Below are positions 28,260 to 37,674 of a stretch of 64,000 nucleotides of DNA, piece after piece (the stretch's first letter is position 1; the number at the start of each line of letters is the position of its first letter). This DNA comes from Crenothrix polyspora (GTDB taxonomy: Bacteria > Pseudomonadota > Gammaproteobacteria > Methylococcales > Methylomonadaceae): NCBI GenBank assembly GCA_945877505.1, contig CAMDWT010000001.1, positions 53,750 through 117,749 on the forward strand. The letters are read 5' to 3'. The position numbers and the translations under genes are program-made. The notes below the pieces were generated by a model. That model had not been told where the DNA came from, made no database searches, and saw only the letters and a program-made list of their open reading frames with translations.

Positions 28260-29804
28260 TTACACATCGCCTTTTTGAGGATGCCTGCGTTGATCTGGGC
28301 TATGGAGTTTGTTAACAGCATTGATATAGGCTTTTGCAGAAGCGATAACAATATCGGTGTCGGCTCCCAAGCCATTTACTATTCGACCTTCCTTTTCAAG
28401 ACGCACAGTAACTTCACCCTGCGCATCGGTACCATTGGTAATATTGTTAACTGAATAAAGCTCTAAAGTAGCTTTGCACTTCACTAGTTTTTCAATGGCT
28501 TTCAAACTGGCATCGACTGATCCACCACCATCAGAACAGCCTGTCACTTCTTTATTATCTATTCGTAAGGTGACCGTTGCATTAGGAATTTCACCCGTTT
28601 CTGAGCACACCTTTAAGGCAATTAATTTGACATACTCATCTTCCGACTCAAAACTAGCTTCTGAGATCAGAGCCTGTAAATCTTCATCAAAGATTTGATG
28701 TTTCTTATCAGCTAACTGTTTAAAACGAGAAAAAGTATCATTGAGTTCTTCTTCTGATGTGAAGTCAAAACCCAATTCTGTCATGCGGCTTTTAAAGGCA
28801 TTTCTGCCTGAATGTTTGCCTAGTACCATACGATTAGCTGACCAGCCAACATCTTCAGCGCGCATGATTTCGTAGGTTTCACGGCTTTTTAATACACCAT
28901 CTTGATGGATGCCAGCTTCATGGGCAAATGCATTGGCACCGACAATTGCTTTATTGGGTTGTACAGGAAAGCCGGTGATAGAAGACACTAATTTTGAACA
29001 AGTTAATATTTCTCGAGTGTCTATGCCTGTTTGACAGCTGAAAACATCATGACGCGTGCGAACAGCCATAACGACTTCTTCTAAAGAAGCATTGCCTGCA
29101 CGTTCACCTAATCCATTAATGGTACATTCAACTTGTCGCGCACCATTCATAACAGCCGATAATGAATTGGCTACGGCGAGTCCTAAGTCATTATGGCAAT
29201 GAACCGAGAAAATTGCTTTATCAGAATTTGGTATACGCTTAATTAAATTGGCAATAGTTGCACCAAACTGCTGCGGCACGCTATAACCAACTGTGTCGGG
29301 TATATTGAGTGTGGTAGCGCCGGCATCAATTACGGCTTCAAGTATCCGACACAGAAATTCTTCATCAGAGCGTCCAGCATCTTCAGGCGAAAATTCAACA
29401 TCATCAGTGTAGCGTCGCGCACGTTTAACGGCCTTAACGGCATGCTCAATCACTTGTTCTGGGGACATTTGCAATTTCATTTGCATGTGTATAGGAGAGG
29501 TCGCTATAAAGGTGTGGATGCGCGACCGACCTGCCCCTTTCAGCGCTTCACCTGCGCGGTCAATATCTTTATCTAAAGCGCGAGCTAGACCACAAACAAT
29601 ACTGTCTTTAATGATTTTAGCAACAGCCTGGACAGATTCAAAATCACCTGGGCTGGCGGCGGGAAACCCCGCTTCAATGACATCCACTTTTAGACGTTCA
29701 AGTGCTTTTGCGATCCTGACTTTTTCATCACGCGTCATTGAGGCGCCTGGGCTTTGCTCTCCATCACGTAATGTTGTATCAAATATAATTAACTTGTCTT
29801 TCAT
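28260..29804 (-). CDS. leuA: 2-isopropylmalate synthase
   Basis: [20 protein letters not shown]... matches E. coli Leu[30 protein letters not shown] is present. Start trimmed to ATG 29804, with GGAG 7 nt upstream (the ORF track gives 29825). Confidence 0.95.
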   Translation of the reverse strand: MKDKLIIFDTTLRDGEQSPGASMTRDEKVRIAKALERLKVDVIEAGFPAASPGDFESVQAVAKIIKDSIVCGLARALDKDIDRAGEALKGAGRSRIHTFIATSPIHMQMKLQMSPEQVIEHAVKAVKRARRYTDDVEFSPEDAGRSDEEFLCRILEAVIDAGATTLNIPDTVGYSVPQQFGATIANLIKRIPNSDKAIFSVHCHNDLGLAVANSLSAVMNGARQVECTINGLGERAGNASLEEVVMAVRTRHDVFSCQTGIDTREILTCSKLVSSITGFPVQPNKAIVGANAFAHEAGIHQDGVLKSRETYEIMRAEDVGWSANRMVLGKHSGRNAFKSRMTELGFDFTSEEELNDTFSRFKQLADKKHQIFDEDLQALISEASFESEDEYVKLIALKVCSETGEIPNATVTLRIDNKEVTGCSDGGGSVDASLKAIEKLVKCKATLELYSVNNITNGTDAQGEVTVRLEKEGRIVNGLGADTDIVIASAKAYINAVNKLHSPDQRRHPQKGDV

Positions 29805-29863
29805 AAAAACTCCATTCTCGGTCATTGCTCCTGCATTACGCTAACTCCTGCATCCATGCAGTC

Positions 29864-29894
29864 GATGAAAAGATATCAACAGTAAAGTTGATAT
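29864..29894 (-). terminator. terminator-like hairpin plus U-tract inside the leuA leader
   Basis: Minus-strand RNA: AUAUCAAC-UUUACU-GUUGAUAU followed by CUUUUCAUC, about 60 nt upstream of the leuA ATG. The stem is AU-rich (8 bp), so it is weak. Confidence 0.3.
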
Positions 29895-30105
29895 TAAATT
29901 AAGGGGGAATTTAACTAACTTAGTAACGCATGAGCAAATAATAAAGTGTGCTCATCAGCTTTGGAATCTGAGAGAGGTGCATAGCCATGCTTCAAGTTTT
30001 TCACGGATAGGCATTACAACAGTTAATATATTTTTAAAATATGAGGTGGTTAGAGGGCTCATTTTAGAAACTATACGCCATTGATAATTTGCTCTCAAGA
30101 AACTT

Positions 30106-30846
30106 TTAGGATTTACGGCCATGCCATCTTCGTCTACGAATAACCAAAGTAACAACCGGGCCGGATATCGCATAACCCAGAAATAATAGGAATAGCATTG
30201 TTTGTGGTTGTGCCATGATAAAAGCAATCGCAAGCATGACTGCAATAGTAACGAAAAAAGGGACCTTACCTTTTAAGTCAATTTCTTTAAAACTCGAATA
30301 TCTGAAATTACTCACCATTAGCAAACCAGTGGTAATCGTTAAAGCAATGGCAATATATTTTACAATCTCAATAGAATAACCATGTTCCAGAGAAAACCAG
30401 ATGAAACCGGCAAGAATGGCCGCTGCTGCAGGACTAGGTAAGCCCTGAAAATAACGTTTATCTGCAGAAGTTAATTGAGTATTGAAGCGAGCAAGTCTTA
30501 AAGCGCCACCTGCCATATGTATAAAGGCTGCAAATAAGCCTAATTTCCCTAGGCTGGAAAATGCCCATAAATACATGACCAGTGCAGGTGCGGCGCCAAA
30601 CGAAACCATGTCAGATAAGCTATCGTATTGAGCTCCGAAATCACTCTGAGTGTTGGTTAAACGGGCAACACGGCCATCCAAGCCATCTAGAATCATTGCA
30701 GCAAAAATAGCGATTGCTGCCGTGGTAAATTCCCCATCCATTGCAGAAGTAATGGAATAGAAGCCGGCAAATAATGCACCTGTGGTAAATAAGTTAGGTA
30801 ATAAATAAATGCCGCGACGGCGTATGGAGCTTTTTTCAGGAATCAT
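30106..30846 (-). CDS. pssA: CDP-diacylglycerol--serine O-phosphatidyltransferase (CDP-alcohol phosphatidyltransferase type)
   Basis: 246 aa membrane protein with the motif DGLDGRVARLTNTQSDFGAQYDSLSD (DGx2ARx8Gx3Dx3D). Confidence 0.9.
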   Translation of the reverse strand: MIPEKSSIRRRGIYLLPNLFTTGALFAGFYSITSAMDGEFTTAAIAIFAAMILDGLDGRVARLTNTQSDFGAQYDSLSDMVSFGAAPALVMYLWAFSSLGKLGLFAAFIHMAGGALRLARFNTQLTSADKRYFQGLPSPAAAAILAGFIWFSLEHGYSIEIVKYIAIALTITTGLLMVSNFRYSSFKEIDLKGKVPFFVTIAVMLAIAFIMAQPQTMLFLLFLGYAISGPVVTLVIRRRRWHGRKS

Positions 30847-31003
30847 ACGTCAATTAATCCTTAGGGGTTTTAGACAGTAATACTTAAGTGTAGATTATAC
30901 AATGAGGTGCTAAGTCGAGCCTATTCTTTCATTATGAAGAGATCATTTTGAGTTATTAAAAAGAGATTGAAGTGTTGATTGAAATAAGATGAATCATACT
31001 AAC

Positions 31004-31423
31004 TTAAAGGGGCGGCTGATGCCGTTTTTGTCGATGCGCTTTAAATTGAGAGGGCTTAGTAATTATTTCGTTGTTAGGTTCAAGGCCAAAATAATTCAGG
31101 GTTTCAATAGAAGTGAATTTTTTTGGCATCATGATCTGAAAATGATGAAAGATCGCTAATAGGCTCATTTGTTTGATTTTTTCAGGCTCACCGTACCTAA
31201 TAGAGAATAGTTTATTTTTTTGGCCCGGAGAATAAGTCGCCATGATTTTGTTGATATAGGCGTCAATAGCGTCTTGTGATTCTTTTAGTAAGCTCGTTGG
31301 TTTTGAGGGTGAAGCCTCAAAAACCTTGCTGTCTATTGGCGTCTTGAATTGTTGTGCTTGTTTTCGTATAGCCGTCAGTTTTTTACTGCTAGTTAAAGGC
31401 ACTAATGCGCTATCTTGTATCAT
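31004..31423 (-). CDS. hypothetical protein (139 aa, basic C terminus)
   Basis: Intact ORF on the same strand, 35 nt downstream of the HopJ-family gene. No TM segment or recognisable motif. The C terminus is KAHRQKRHQPPL. Confidence 0.5.
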   Translation of the reverse strand: MIQDSALVPLTSSKKLTAIRKQAQQFKTPIDSKVFEASPSKPTSLLKESQDAIDAYINKIMATYSPGQKNKLFSIRYGEPEKIKQMSLLAIFHHFQIMMPKKFTSIETLNYFGLEPNNEIITKPSQFKAHRQKRHQPPL

Positions 31424-31458
31424 AAAAATAAAAGGGTGTTTAAGCGAGGTTTAGCACA

Positions 31459-31815
31459 TTAGCCAATAGGGCTTAATGCCGTTTTTTGAAAGACAATGCC
31501 ATTCCAGCCAAATTGGATAAAATGTCTAATATTTTGATGATTAGTGCCTTGCGGGTCATTTAGGACATCGAGCCGGTAAAAATCACCGAATAAATTTAAA
31601 GTTTGTTCTTGATCTAATTGATGGAGTTTAGCAAAAGCAAAAATCTTACAAGAGCCTTCATTAGTGCCCGCTTTATTGGTTACCACGGTTTCACTAAGAC
31701 CATTGCTAAATTCAGTAGGATGATAATGATAATTTTCGTTGATTACCGCAATGGTTTCATCAAAACTAATGGCTGCATGGCTGTTTATTTTTTCAAGGAA
31801 TAAGCTAAGTGACAT
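31459..31815 (-). CDS. HopJ type III effector family protein (widely distributed small cytoplasmic protein)
   Basis: 118 aa. NEGSCKIFAFAKLHQLDQEQTLNLFGDFYRLDVLNDPQGTNHQNIRHFIQFGW is the conserved core of the HopJ (HopPmaJ) family. Confidence 0.75.
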   Translation of the reverse strand: MSLSLFLEKINSHAAISFDETIAVINENYHYHPTEFSNGLSETVVTNKAGTNEGSCKIFAFAKLHQLDQEQTLNLFGDFYRLDVLNDPQGTNHQNIRHFIQFGWNGIVFQKTALSPIG

Positions 31816-31885
31816 AATTAAGAGTGTTCAAGTTAAATTATTAAGATTAGGGCTAATTAAGCCGACAATTATTATTTTATGGAGC

Positions 31886-32371
31886 TCAGCCTTTTTTCAT
31901 TATTCTGGCTCGTTCTCTTTCCCAATCACGGTCTTTTGATGTCGCGCGTTTGTCGTGTAATTGTTTACCTTTTGCCAAGCCAATTTCTAATTTAGCGCGA
32001 CCGTTTTTCCAGTACATGGATAACGGAATTAAGGTATAGCCTTTGCGTTCAACCGAGCCAATCAGTTTATTGAGTTCGTGGCGATTGAGTAACAGTTTTT
32101 TTGATCGAATAGCATCGGGCTTTATATGTGTTGAAGCTGACAATAGTGCGGAAATATGCGCGCCAGATAGCCATGCTTCGCCACGTCTTAATACAACATA
32201 ACTTTCTTTTAGTTGAACGCGGCCGTCTCTGAGACTTTTAACTTCCCAGCCTTCTAATACAATGCCTGCTTCAAAGCGTTCTTCAATGAAGTATTCATGC
32301 TTGGCTTGTCGGTTAACAGCAATCGTTGCATTCTGTTGGGCTTTATTTTTTTGGAGCTTTTTATCGGCCAT
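31886..32371 (-). CDS. smpB: SsrA-binding protein SmpB
   Basis: 161 aa. [64 protein letters not shown]. Confidence 0.97.
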   Translation of the reverse strand: MADKKLQKNKAQQNATIAVNRQAKHEYFIEERFEAGIVLEGWEVKSLRDGRVQLKESYVVLRRGEAWLSGAHISALLSASTHIKPDAIRSKKLLLNRHELNKLIGSVERKGYTLIPLSMYWKNGRAKLEIGLAKGKQLHDKRATSKDRDWERERARIMKKG

Positions 32372-32468
32372 AGTGGGCTAATTTTTGATTTTAAAACTGA
32401 CGTAAGGGAATATTTTTGTTATTTTACTCGATATTGCTAATAAGGTGCGTTTTTAATGGGCGTTTAAA

Positions 32469-33830
32469 ATGATGGACACAAAAAAAATAGTTCACGGTGC
32501 ATGGTCATCTAGGCTTGCATTTATTCTGGCTGCAACGGGTTCTGCGGTTGGGCTAGGTAATATTTGGAAGTTCCCCTACATAACAGGAGAAAATGGGGGC
32601 GGCGCCTTTGTTATTGTTTATCTTCTTTGTGTATTATTGATTGGCATTCCTATTATGATTGCCGAAACGATGCTCGGACGACGAAGCCAAAGAAATCCTA
32701 TTGAAACAATGGAATTATTGACAGAGGAAGCTGGCGCCGATAAAAACTGGCATTATTTGGGCTGGATGGGTGTTGTGGCGGGCTTATTAATTCTATCGTA
32801 TTACAGCGTAATTGCTGGCTGGGCTTCTGCTTATGTATTAAAGGCTTTTACGGGGAGCTTTTTTGATGCGGATGCTGCGCAGATAAGACAATTATTTGAT
32901 GAGTTTATAGCCAGCCCAATACAGCTTATTTTTTGGCATTCAGCCTTTATGTTAGCGACCATGTTGATCGTTGTGCGAGGGGTAAATAAGGGTTTAGAAA
33001 AAGCAGTGCAGTATTTAATGCCCACTTTATTTATCTTGTTATTTCTTTTAGTTGCTTATGCAATGACCACGGATAGTTATTTTCAGGGGCTCAAGTTTTT
33101 ATTTATCCCTGATTTTAGCAAGTTGACCAGTGGTTCCGTATTAACGGCTATGGGGCATGCTTTTTTTACCTTAAGTTTGGGCATGGGCGCTATTATGGTT
33201 TACGGTTCTTATTTACCTAAAAACATATCAATTGCCAAAACGACTCTACTGATTGCAGGTGCTGACACTGTGGTTGCATTATTGGCAGGCATTGCAATTT
33301 TTCCAATTGTTTTTGCTAATAATTTACAGCCAGATTCAGGCCCAGGGCTTATATTTCAAACATTACCGATTGCTTTTGGTGCTATGACGGGTGGTTGGTT
33401 GATGGGGATTTCATTTTTTGTGATGTTGGTGATAGCCGCATTGACGTCTTCAATCTCCTTGGTTGAGCCGGCAGTTGCCTGGTTAGTTGAAAATAAAAAT
33501 TTTAGTCGTCAAAAAGCGTGTTTATGGACGGGACTGAGCACTTGGCTTTTAGGTATAGGGTCAATATTTTCATTTAATGTTTGGGCTAACGTTAAGTTGT
33601 TTGATAGAAGTATTTTTCAATTATTGGATTATTTAACGGCTAATTTGATGCTACCCATAGGTGGTTTTTCTATTGCTATATTCGCCGGTTGGATTATGAG
33701 TCGGCAAAGCAGTGAGCAAGAATTGAACATGCCTACAGTTCAAAGTTATCAAATTTGGAAGATTTTAATTAGCTATGTAGCCCCATCTGCAGTATTTTTT
33801 GTGTTTCTCCATGTGGTGGGAGTGCTTTAA
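32469..33830 (+). CDS. sodium-dependent neurotransmitter:sodium symporter (NSS/SNF) family transporter
   Basis: 453 aa, about 12 TM. WSSRLAFILAATGSAVGLGNIWKFPY signature. The stop is immediately followed by the ratA ATG (TAAATG). Confidence 0.9.
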   Translation: MMDTKKIVHGAWSSRLAFILAATGSAVGLGNIWKFPYITGENGGGAFVIVYLLCVLLIGIPIMIAETMLGRRSQRNPIETMELLTEEAGADKNWHYLGWMGVVAGLLILSYYSVIAGWASAYVLKAFTGSFFDADAAQIRQLFDEFIASPIQLIFWHSAFMLATMLIVVRGVNKGLEKAVQYLMPTLFILLFLLVAYAMTTDSYFQGLKFLFIPDFSKLTSGSVLTAMGHAFFTLSLGMGAIMVYGSYLPKNISIAKTTLLIAGADTVVALLAGIAIFPIVFANNLQPDSGPGLIFQTLPIAFGAMTGGWLMGISFFVMLVIAALTSSISLVEPAVAWLVENKNFSRQKACLWTGLSTWLLGIGSIFSFNVWANVKLFDRSIFQLLDYLTANLMLPIGGFSIAIFAGWIMSRQSSEQELNMPTVQSYQIWKILISYVAPSAVFFVFLHVVGVL

Positions 33831-34262
33831 ATGACAGTCGTGCAAAAGAGTGCATTGGTTAAATTTTCAGCGCAGCAGATGTTTGATTTGGTGAACGATA
33901 TCGAAGATTATCCACAGTTTTTGCCTTGGTGTAGTGGTAGTAGAATTATCAAGCGGGAAGGTGATGTTGTTGAAGCGGAATTGCAGATTTCCAAAGGAGG
34001 CTTTAAAAAGTCTTTTTCAACTAGAAACACAATAGATAAAGGCGGCGTGATCACGGTCTCTTTGTTAGAGGGGCCTTTTTCTTATTTAGAGGGAGTTTGG
34101 CATTTTATGCCCTTACGTGAGGATGCTAGTAAGATTTCGTTGGATTTGGAATTTGAAATGTCTGGTAAGTTGGCAAGTCTTGCTTTTGGTGTTGTTTTTA
34201 ATCAGATATGCAATACCATGGTGAGTTCATTCACGAGTCGAGCTAAGCAAAAATATGGATAG
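33831..34262 (+). CDS. ratA: SRPBCC/Coq10-like ribosome association protein RatA
   Basis: 143 aa. QMFDLVNDIEDYPQFLPWC motif. Conserved pairing with rnfH and position opposite smpB. Confidence 0.88.
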   Translation: MTVVQKSALVKFSAQQMFDLVNDIEDYPQFLPWCSGSRIIKREGDVVEAELQISKGGFKKSFSTRNTIDKGGVITVSLLEGPFSYLEGVWHFMPLREDASKISLDLEFEMSGKLASLAFGVVFNQICNTMVSSFTSRAKQKYG

Positions 34263-34536
34263 TAAGTTAATGACTATAGAAGTGGCTTACGCTAATCCTG
34301 AGCAACAAGTGATCAATAAGTTTGAGGTACCAGAAGGATCAACGGTTGAACAAGCGATTAAACTATCTGGCATATTGAGGCAATTTCCAGAAATAGAGGC
34401 AACCGCTATAAAGGCGGGTATTTTTGGTCAACTATGCAAGCTGGATCAAATAGTTAGTCAAGCCGATAGAATTGAAATCTATCGGCCTTTAATTCATGAT
34501 CCTAAAGAAGCGAGGCGACAACGCGCGGCAAAATAA
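34255..34536 (+). CDS. rnfH: RnfH family ubiquitin-like protein
   Basis: IEVAYANPEQQ... DRIEIYRPLIHDPKEARRQRA matches E. coli YfjF/RnfH. The start is either 34255 or ATG 34270. Confidence 0.88.
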   Translation: MDSKLMTIEVAYANPEQQVINKFEVPEGSTVEQAIKLSGILRQFPEIEATAIKAGIFGQLCKLDQIVSQADRIEIYRPLIHDPKEARRQRAAK

Positions 34537-34557
34537 AGGCGTTTGTAAGGCAATGCG

Positions 34558-35085
34558 TTAAAAAGGGAGTTGATCAGACTCGGGTTCTGACTTTGAAGCG
34601 GGCTTGTCAGGTGAAGGATTTTCGTCCAATTCATCATAACCCACTAGCGTATTGACCACTATCGATATTTTCTCCCATAATGCTTTTTCAAGATCACGTT
34701 TGGGTACATCAACGGTTGCTTCAGTTGATACTTTGACGACAGGGGTTGCGCTGGGTCTGAAATCTCCTTGCATACCCACTATTTTTTCATTATCAAAAAA
34801 TAATGAAATTTGTTTCTGTACTCTGTCTTCGCCAATAGGTTTATCTGAATAAAGATATACCCAGCGATTTTTATGGAAAACATCATCCAGCATAGGTGAA
34901 CCCATTATATAAAGAACTTGGCGTTTACTCATGTTGGGTCGAAGCTGGTCAACCATAGACTGCTCAATAATATTGCCTTGCTGAATGGGGATGGAATATA
35001 CGCCAGGTAAATTATTCAAAACGGTAGAGCATGAGACGAGTATCAGGTTTGTTAATAAACTTAAATAAAAAAGCGACTTTCTCAT
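34558..35085 (-). CDS. bamE: outer membrane protein assembly factor BamE (with long C-terminal extension)
   Basis: Lipobox LVSC. IQQGNIIEQSMVDQLRPNMSKRQVLYIMGSP SmpA/OmlA core. 175 aa versus about 113 in E. coli, with a Pro/Glu/Ser-rich tail. Confidence 0.85.
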   Translation of the reverse strand: MRKSLFYLSLLTNLILVSCSTVLNNLPGVYSIPIQQGNIIEQSMVDQLRPNMSKRQVLYIMGSPMLDDVFHKNRWVYLYSDKPIGEDRVQKQISLFFDNEKIVGMQGDFRPSATPVVKVSTEATVDVPKRDLEKALWEKISIVVNTLVGYDELDENPSPDKPASKSEPESDQLPF

Positions 35086-35233
35086 TTGTGGCAGCGGAAG
35101 TGTTAAAATTATTAAATCATACAGGATGTTAAATGATTATCCTATAAAACTGTCATGCTCTCCCTATCTAAAAAGGCTACAATAAGCTTTATCTTGTATT
35201 TAATAACCTAAATGTTGGGTCAGCCGGAGATTA

Positions 35234-35653
35234 ATGTTGGAAACACATGATTTAAGGAGTGTGGGGTTGAAGGTTACTTTACCTCGACTTAAAATTCTGC
35301 AAATTCTAGAGAAACAGGTTAATGAGCGTCATTTAACGGCAGAGAAAGTTTATAAAATTCTTTTAAGTGAAGATGAGGAAATTGGTTTAGCCACCGTTTA
35401 TCGTGTTTTAACTCAATTTGAAGCGGCTGGTTTAGTGACTAGGCATCAATTTGAGGGTGGCAATTCGATTTTTGAATTGGATAATGGAGATCATCATGAT
35501 CATATTCTCTGTATGAAATGCGGTAAAGTTGACGAGTTTACTGATGAACTTATTGAAGCCAGACAAAAAGAAGTCGCTCAAGAATTAGGCTACGAATTAA
35601 CTGATCACGGCCTTTATTTATATGGATTTTGCCCTAAATGCAAGCAATCTTGA
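35234..35653 (+). CDS. fur: ferric uptake regulator
   Basis: 139 aa. LKVTLPRLKILQILE, ATVYRVLTQFEAAGLV, HHDHILCMKCGKV, CPKC. Confidence 0.95.
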   Translation: MLETHDLRSVGLKVTLPRLKILQILEKQVNERHLTAEKVYKILLSEDEEIGLATVYRVLTQFEAAGLVTRHQFEGGNSIFELDNGDHHDHILCMKCGKVDEFTDELIEARQKEVAQELGYELTDHGLYLYGFCPKCKQS

Positions 35654-35676
35654 TTTCCCCCTAAATTATAAATTTC

Positions 35677-36924
35677 ATGTTTAAACCTCTTATTTTTTAT
35701 ATAGGCTTGCGGTATACGCGAGCAAAACGTCGCACTCAATTTATTTCATTTATTACCTTAACGTCTGTCCTTGGTATTGCCTTGGGTGTAACGGCGCTGA
35801 TAACTGTTTTGTCAGTGATGAACGGATTTGAAGCAGAATTGCGAGAAAGGATTTTAGGCATGACATCTCATGCCACTGCTACTGGAAAATACGGTCAGTT
35901 AGATGACTGGCGCACGTTGGATGAGAAGTTAAAAGGTTATCCGCATGTAGAAGGGGCGGCACCTTTTATCACTGGTCAGGTTATGATAAATGCTGATCGT
36001 CGGGTTAGCGGAACCATGCTAAACGGCATTCTGCCAGATTATGAATCTAAAGTTTCTGAAGTTGCCGATAAAATGAAATCAGGCAAGTTGGCTGATTTGG
36101 TGCCGGGGCAATATGGCATTGTTCTAGGTGTTGAATTGGCTAATTATTTGGGCGTGATGATGGGTGATAAAATCACGGTTATCAGTCCACAGATTAACTC
36201 TACACCCGCTGGAATTGTACCGAGGATGCGTCGTTTTACCGTCGTAGGTATTTTTCAAGTGGGCATGTATGAGTACGATCGTAATATGGCAATGATTAAT
36301 ATTGATGATGCGGCTAAGTTATTCCGTATGGATAACGCAGTATCAGGTTTACGTATAAAATTGGACGATTTATTTAATGCACCACAAATTACTCATGCAA
36401 TGGCAACTGCCCTGTATGGTGAATATCAAGTTAGTGACTGGACGTTAGCGCATAGTAATTTCTTTCGCGCTATTCAAACGGAAAAACGGGTCATGTTTAT
36501 TATTTTGTTGCTGATCGTTGCTGTGGCCGCTTTTAATATTGTTTCTACCTTGGTCATGGTGGTAACCGATAAACGAGGTGATATAGCCATTCTTAAAACG
36601 CAAGGACTGACGTCGGGTTCGATCATGGGAATCTTTATGGTGCTAGGCTCAATTATTGGTATTGTTGGTACCTTATTTGGCACTTTAGGTGGGATATTGC
36701 TGGCTTTGAATGTTGAAACTATTGTTCCTGCAATTGAAAAATTATTTAATGTTCAATTTATGGCCGCTGATGTTTATTACATTAGTCAGTTACCGTCTAA
36801 ACTAGTGTGGTCAGATGTTTATTCAATCGCTGGGATGGCGTTTTTTCTGTCGTTGTTGGCAACCCTTTATCCTGCGTGGCAAGCGTCTAGAATTAATCCA
36901 GCGGAAGTGCTTAGATATGAATAA
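35677..36924 (+). CDS. lipoprotein-releasing ABC transporter permease (single LolC/LolE homolog)
   Basis: 415 aa. MFKPLIFYIGLRYTRAKRR..., MacB-like periplasmic domain, FtsX C-terminal TM bundle. It is the only LolC/E-type gene next to lolD. Confidence 0.9.
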   Translation: MFKPLIFYIGLRYTRAKRRTQFISFITLTSVLGIALGVTALITVLSVMNGFEAELRERILGMTSHATATGKYGQLDDWRTLDEKLKGYPHVEGAAPFITGQVMINADRRVSGTMLNGILPDYESKVSEVADKMKSGKLADLVPGQYGIVLGVELANYLGVMMGDKITVISPQINSTPAGIVPRMRRFTVVGIFQVGMYEYDRNMAMINIDDAAKLFRMDNAVSGLRIKLDDLFNAPQITHAMATALYGEYQVSDWTLAHSNFFRAIQTEKRVMFIILLLIVAVAAFNIVSTLVMVVTDKRGDIAILKTQGLTSGSIMGIFMVLGSIIGIVGTLFGTLGGILLALNVETIVPAIEKLFNVQFMAADVYYISQLPSKLVWSDVYSIAGMAFFLSLLATLYPAWQASRINPAEVLRYE

Positions 36925-37597
36925 AACTAGTATTTTACATTGCCACCAATTAACTAAGCGTTATGATCAGGGTGGCTTAGATGTTGAAGTTTTGAAAGGG
37001 GTCGATTTAAACATCGGTAAAGGCGATCGTGTTGCTATTATGGGCGCATCAGGTTCTGGTAAAAGCACGTTGTTACATCTTTTAGGTGGGCTAGAAAAGG
37101 CGAGTGGTGGAGAAGTAGTTCTTGATGGGGTTAATATTAATCAAGTTAGTGCTGCTAAATTAGCCAAGTTAAGAAATAAATCCTTAGGGTTTATTTATCA
37201 ATCACATCATTTGTTAGGTGAGTTTACCGTTCTTGAAAATGTAGCCATGCCCTTGTTAATTGGTGGTGAATCGGTAAAAAAAGCGCGTGTCCGTGCTATT
37301 GAGCTTTTGCAGAGAGTAGGCTTAGGTCATCGTGTTGAGCATAAACCCGGTGAACTATCAGGAGGCGAGAGGCAACGTGCTGCCGTAGCAAGAGCCTTAA
37401 TTAACAAACCTAGTTTAATCCTAGCAGATGAGCCTACTGGAAATCTGGATAGTAAAACCGCGGATCAGGTTTATCAGCTAATGTTAGAGTTAAATCAAGA
37501 GTTGAATGTTAGCTTTTTGGTGGTCACGCATGACCATGAATTGGCGTCACGCATGGGTAAGGTTTTGCACATGGAAGATGGCTTGATTGTCAGCTAA
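36917..37597 (+). CDS. lolD: lipoprotein-releasing ABC transporter ATP-binding protein LolD
   Basis: [16 protein letters not shown]..., Walker [30 protein letters not shown] 36917 overlaps the permease stop by 8 nt. The ORF-track start 36815 lies inside the permease gene. Confidence 0.93.
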   Translation: MNKTSILHCHQLTKRYDQGGLDVEVLKGVDLNIGKGDRVAIMGASGSGKSTLLHLLGGLEKASGGEVVLDGVNINQVSAAKLAKLRNKSLGFIYQSHHLLGEFTVLENVAMPLLIGGESVKKARVRAIELLQRVGLGHRVEHKPGELSGGERQRAAVARALINKPSLILADEPTGNLDSKTADQVYQLMLELNQELNVSFLVVTHDHELASRMGKVLHMEDGLIVS

Positions 37598-37611
37598 ATG
37601 TAATGGTTTTT

Positions 37612-37645
37612 CACTACGAAGAAGCGAAACTCGTTCTTTGTAGTG
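37612..37645. repeat. inverted repeat in the convergent lolD/DUF2062 gap
   Basis: CACTACGAAGAA (37612-37623) / TTCTTTGTAGTG (37634-37645), 12 bp with one mismatch and a 10-nt loop. There is no trailing U-tract in either direction. Confidence 0.3.
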
Positions 37646-37674
37646 AAGTGCTTAGTACAACCGATAGTAAAATT

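Noticed and set aside
29955-30245. 96-aa minus-strand ORF spanning the pssA 3' end and the pssA-leuA gap
   Set aside because: It overlaps pssA out of frame for about half its length. It has no RBS and an implausible Trp/Leu/Arg-rich composition. Only its tail region is discussed, as part of the leuA leader.
31816-32468. Expected tmRNA gene (ssrA) adjacent to smpB
   Set aside because: Neither flank of smpB has room (70 nt and 97 nt gaps) or any tRNA-like acceptor/T-arm sequence. No tmRNA is present in this window.
33831-34536. ratA-rnfH as a toxin-antitoxin system
   Set aside because: The pair is a universally conserved housekeeping neighbourhood opposite smpB. RatA is an SRPBCC/Coq10-like protein, and nothing in the sequence supports a mobile TA module.
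35127-35145. Fur-box-like sequence GTTAAATGATTATCCTATA upstream of fur
   Set aside because: Only the core AATGATTATC matches the 19-bp Fur consensus, about 10-11/19 overall. This is too weak in an AT-rich intergenic region to call.
36815-36916. N-terminal extension of lolD in the ORF track; similar extensions occur at 8991-9026 (lptG), 25956-26027 (suhB), 60979-61023 (pheA), 42887-42922 (argH), 29805-29825 (leuA) and 11641-11715 (livG)
   Set aside because: The extensions lie inside the upstream gene or use TTG/GTG codons. They add residues absent from conserved orthologous N termini, and downstream ATGs reproduce the canonical N termini.
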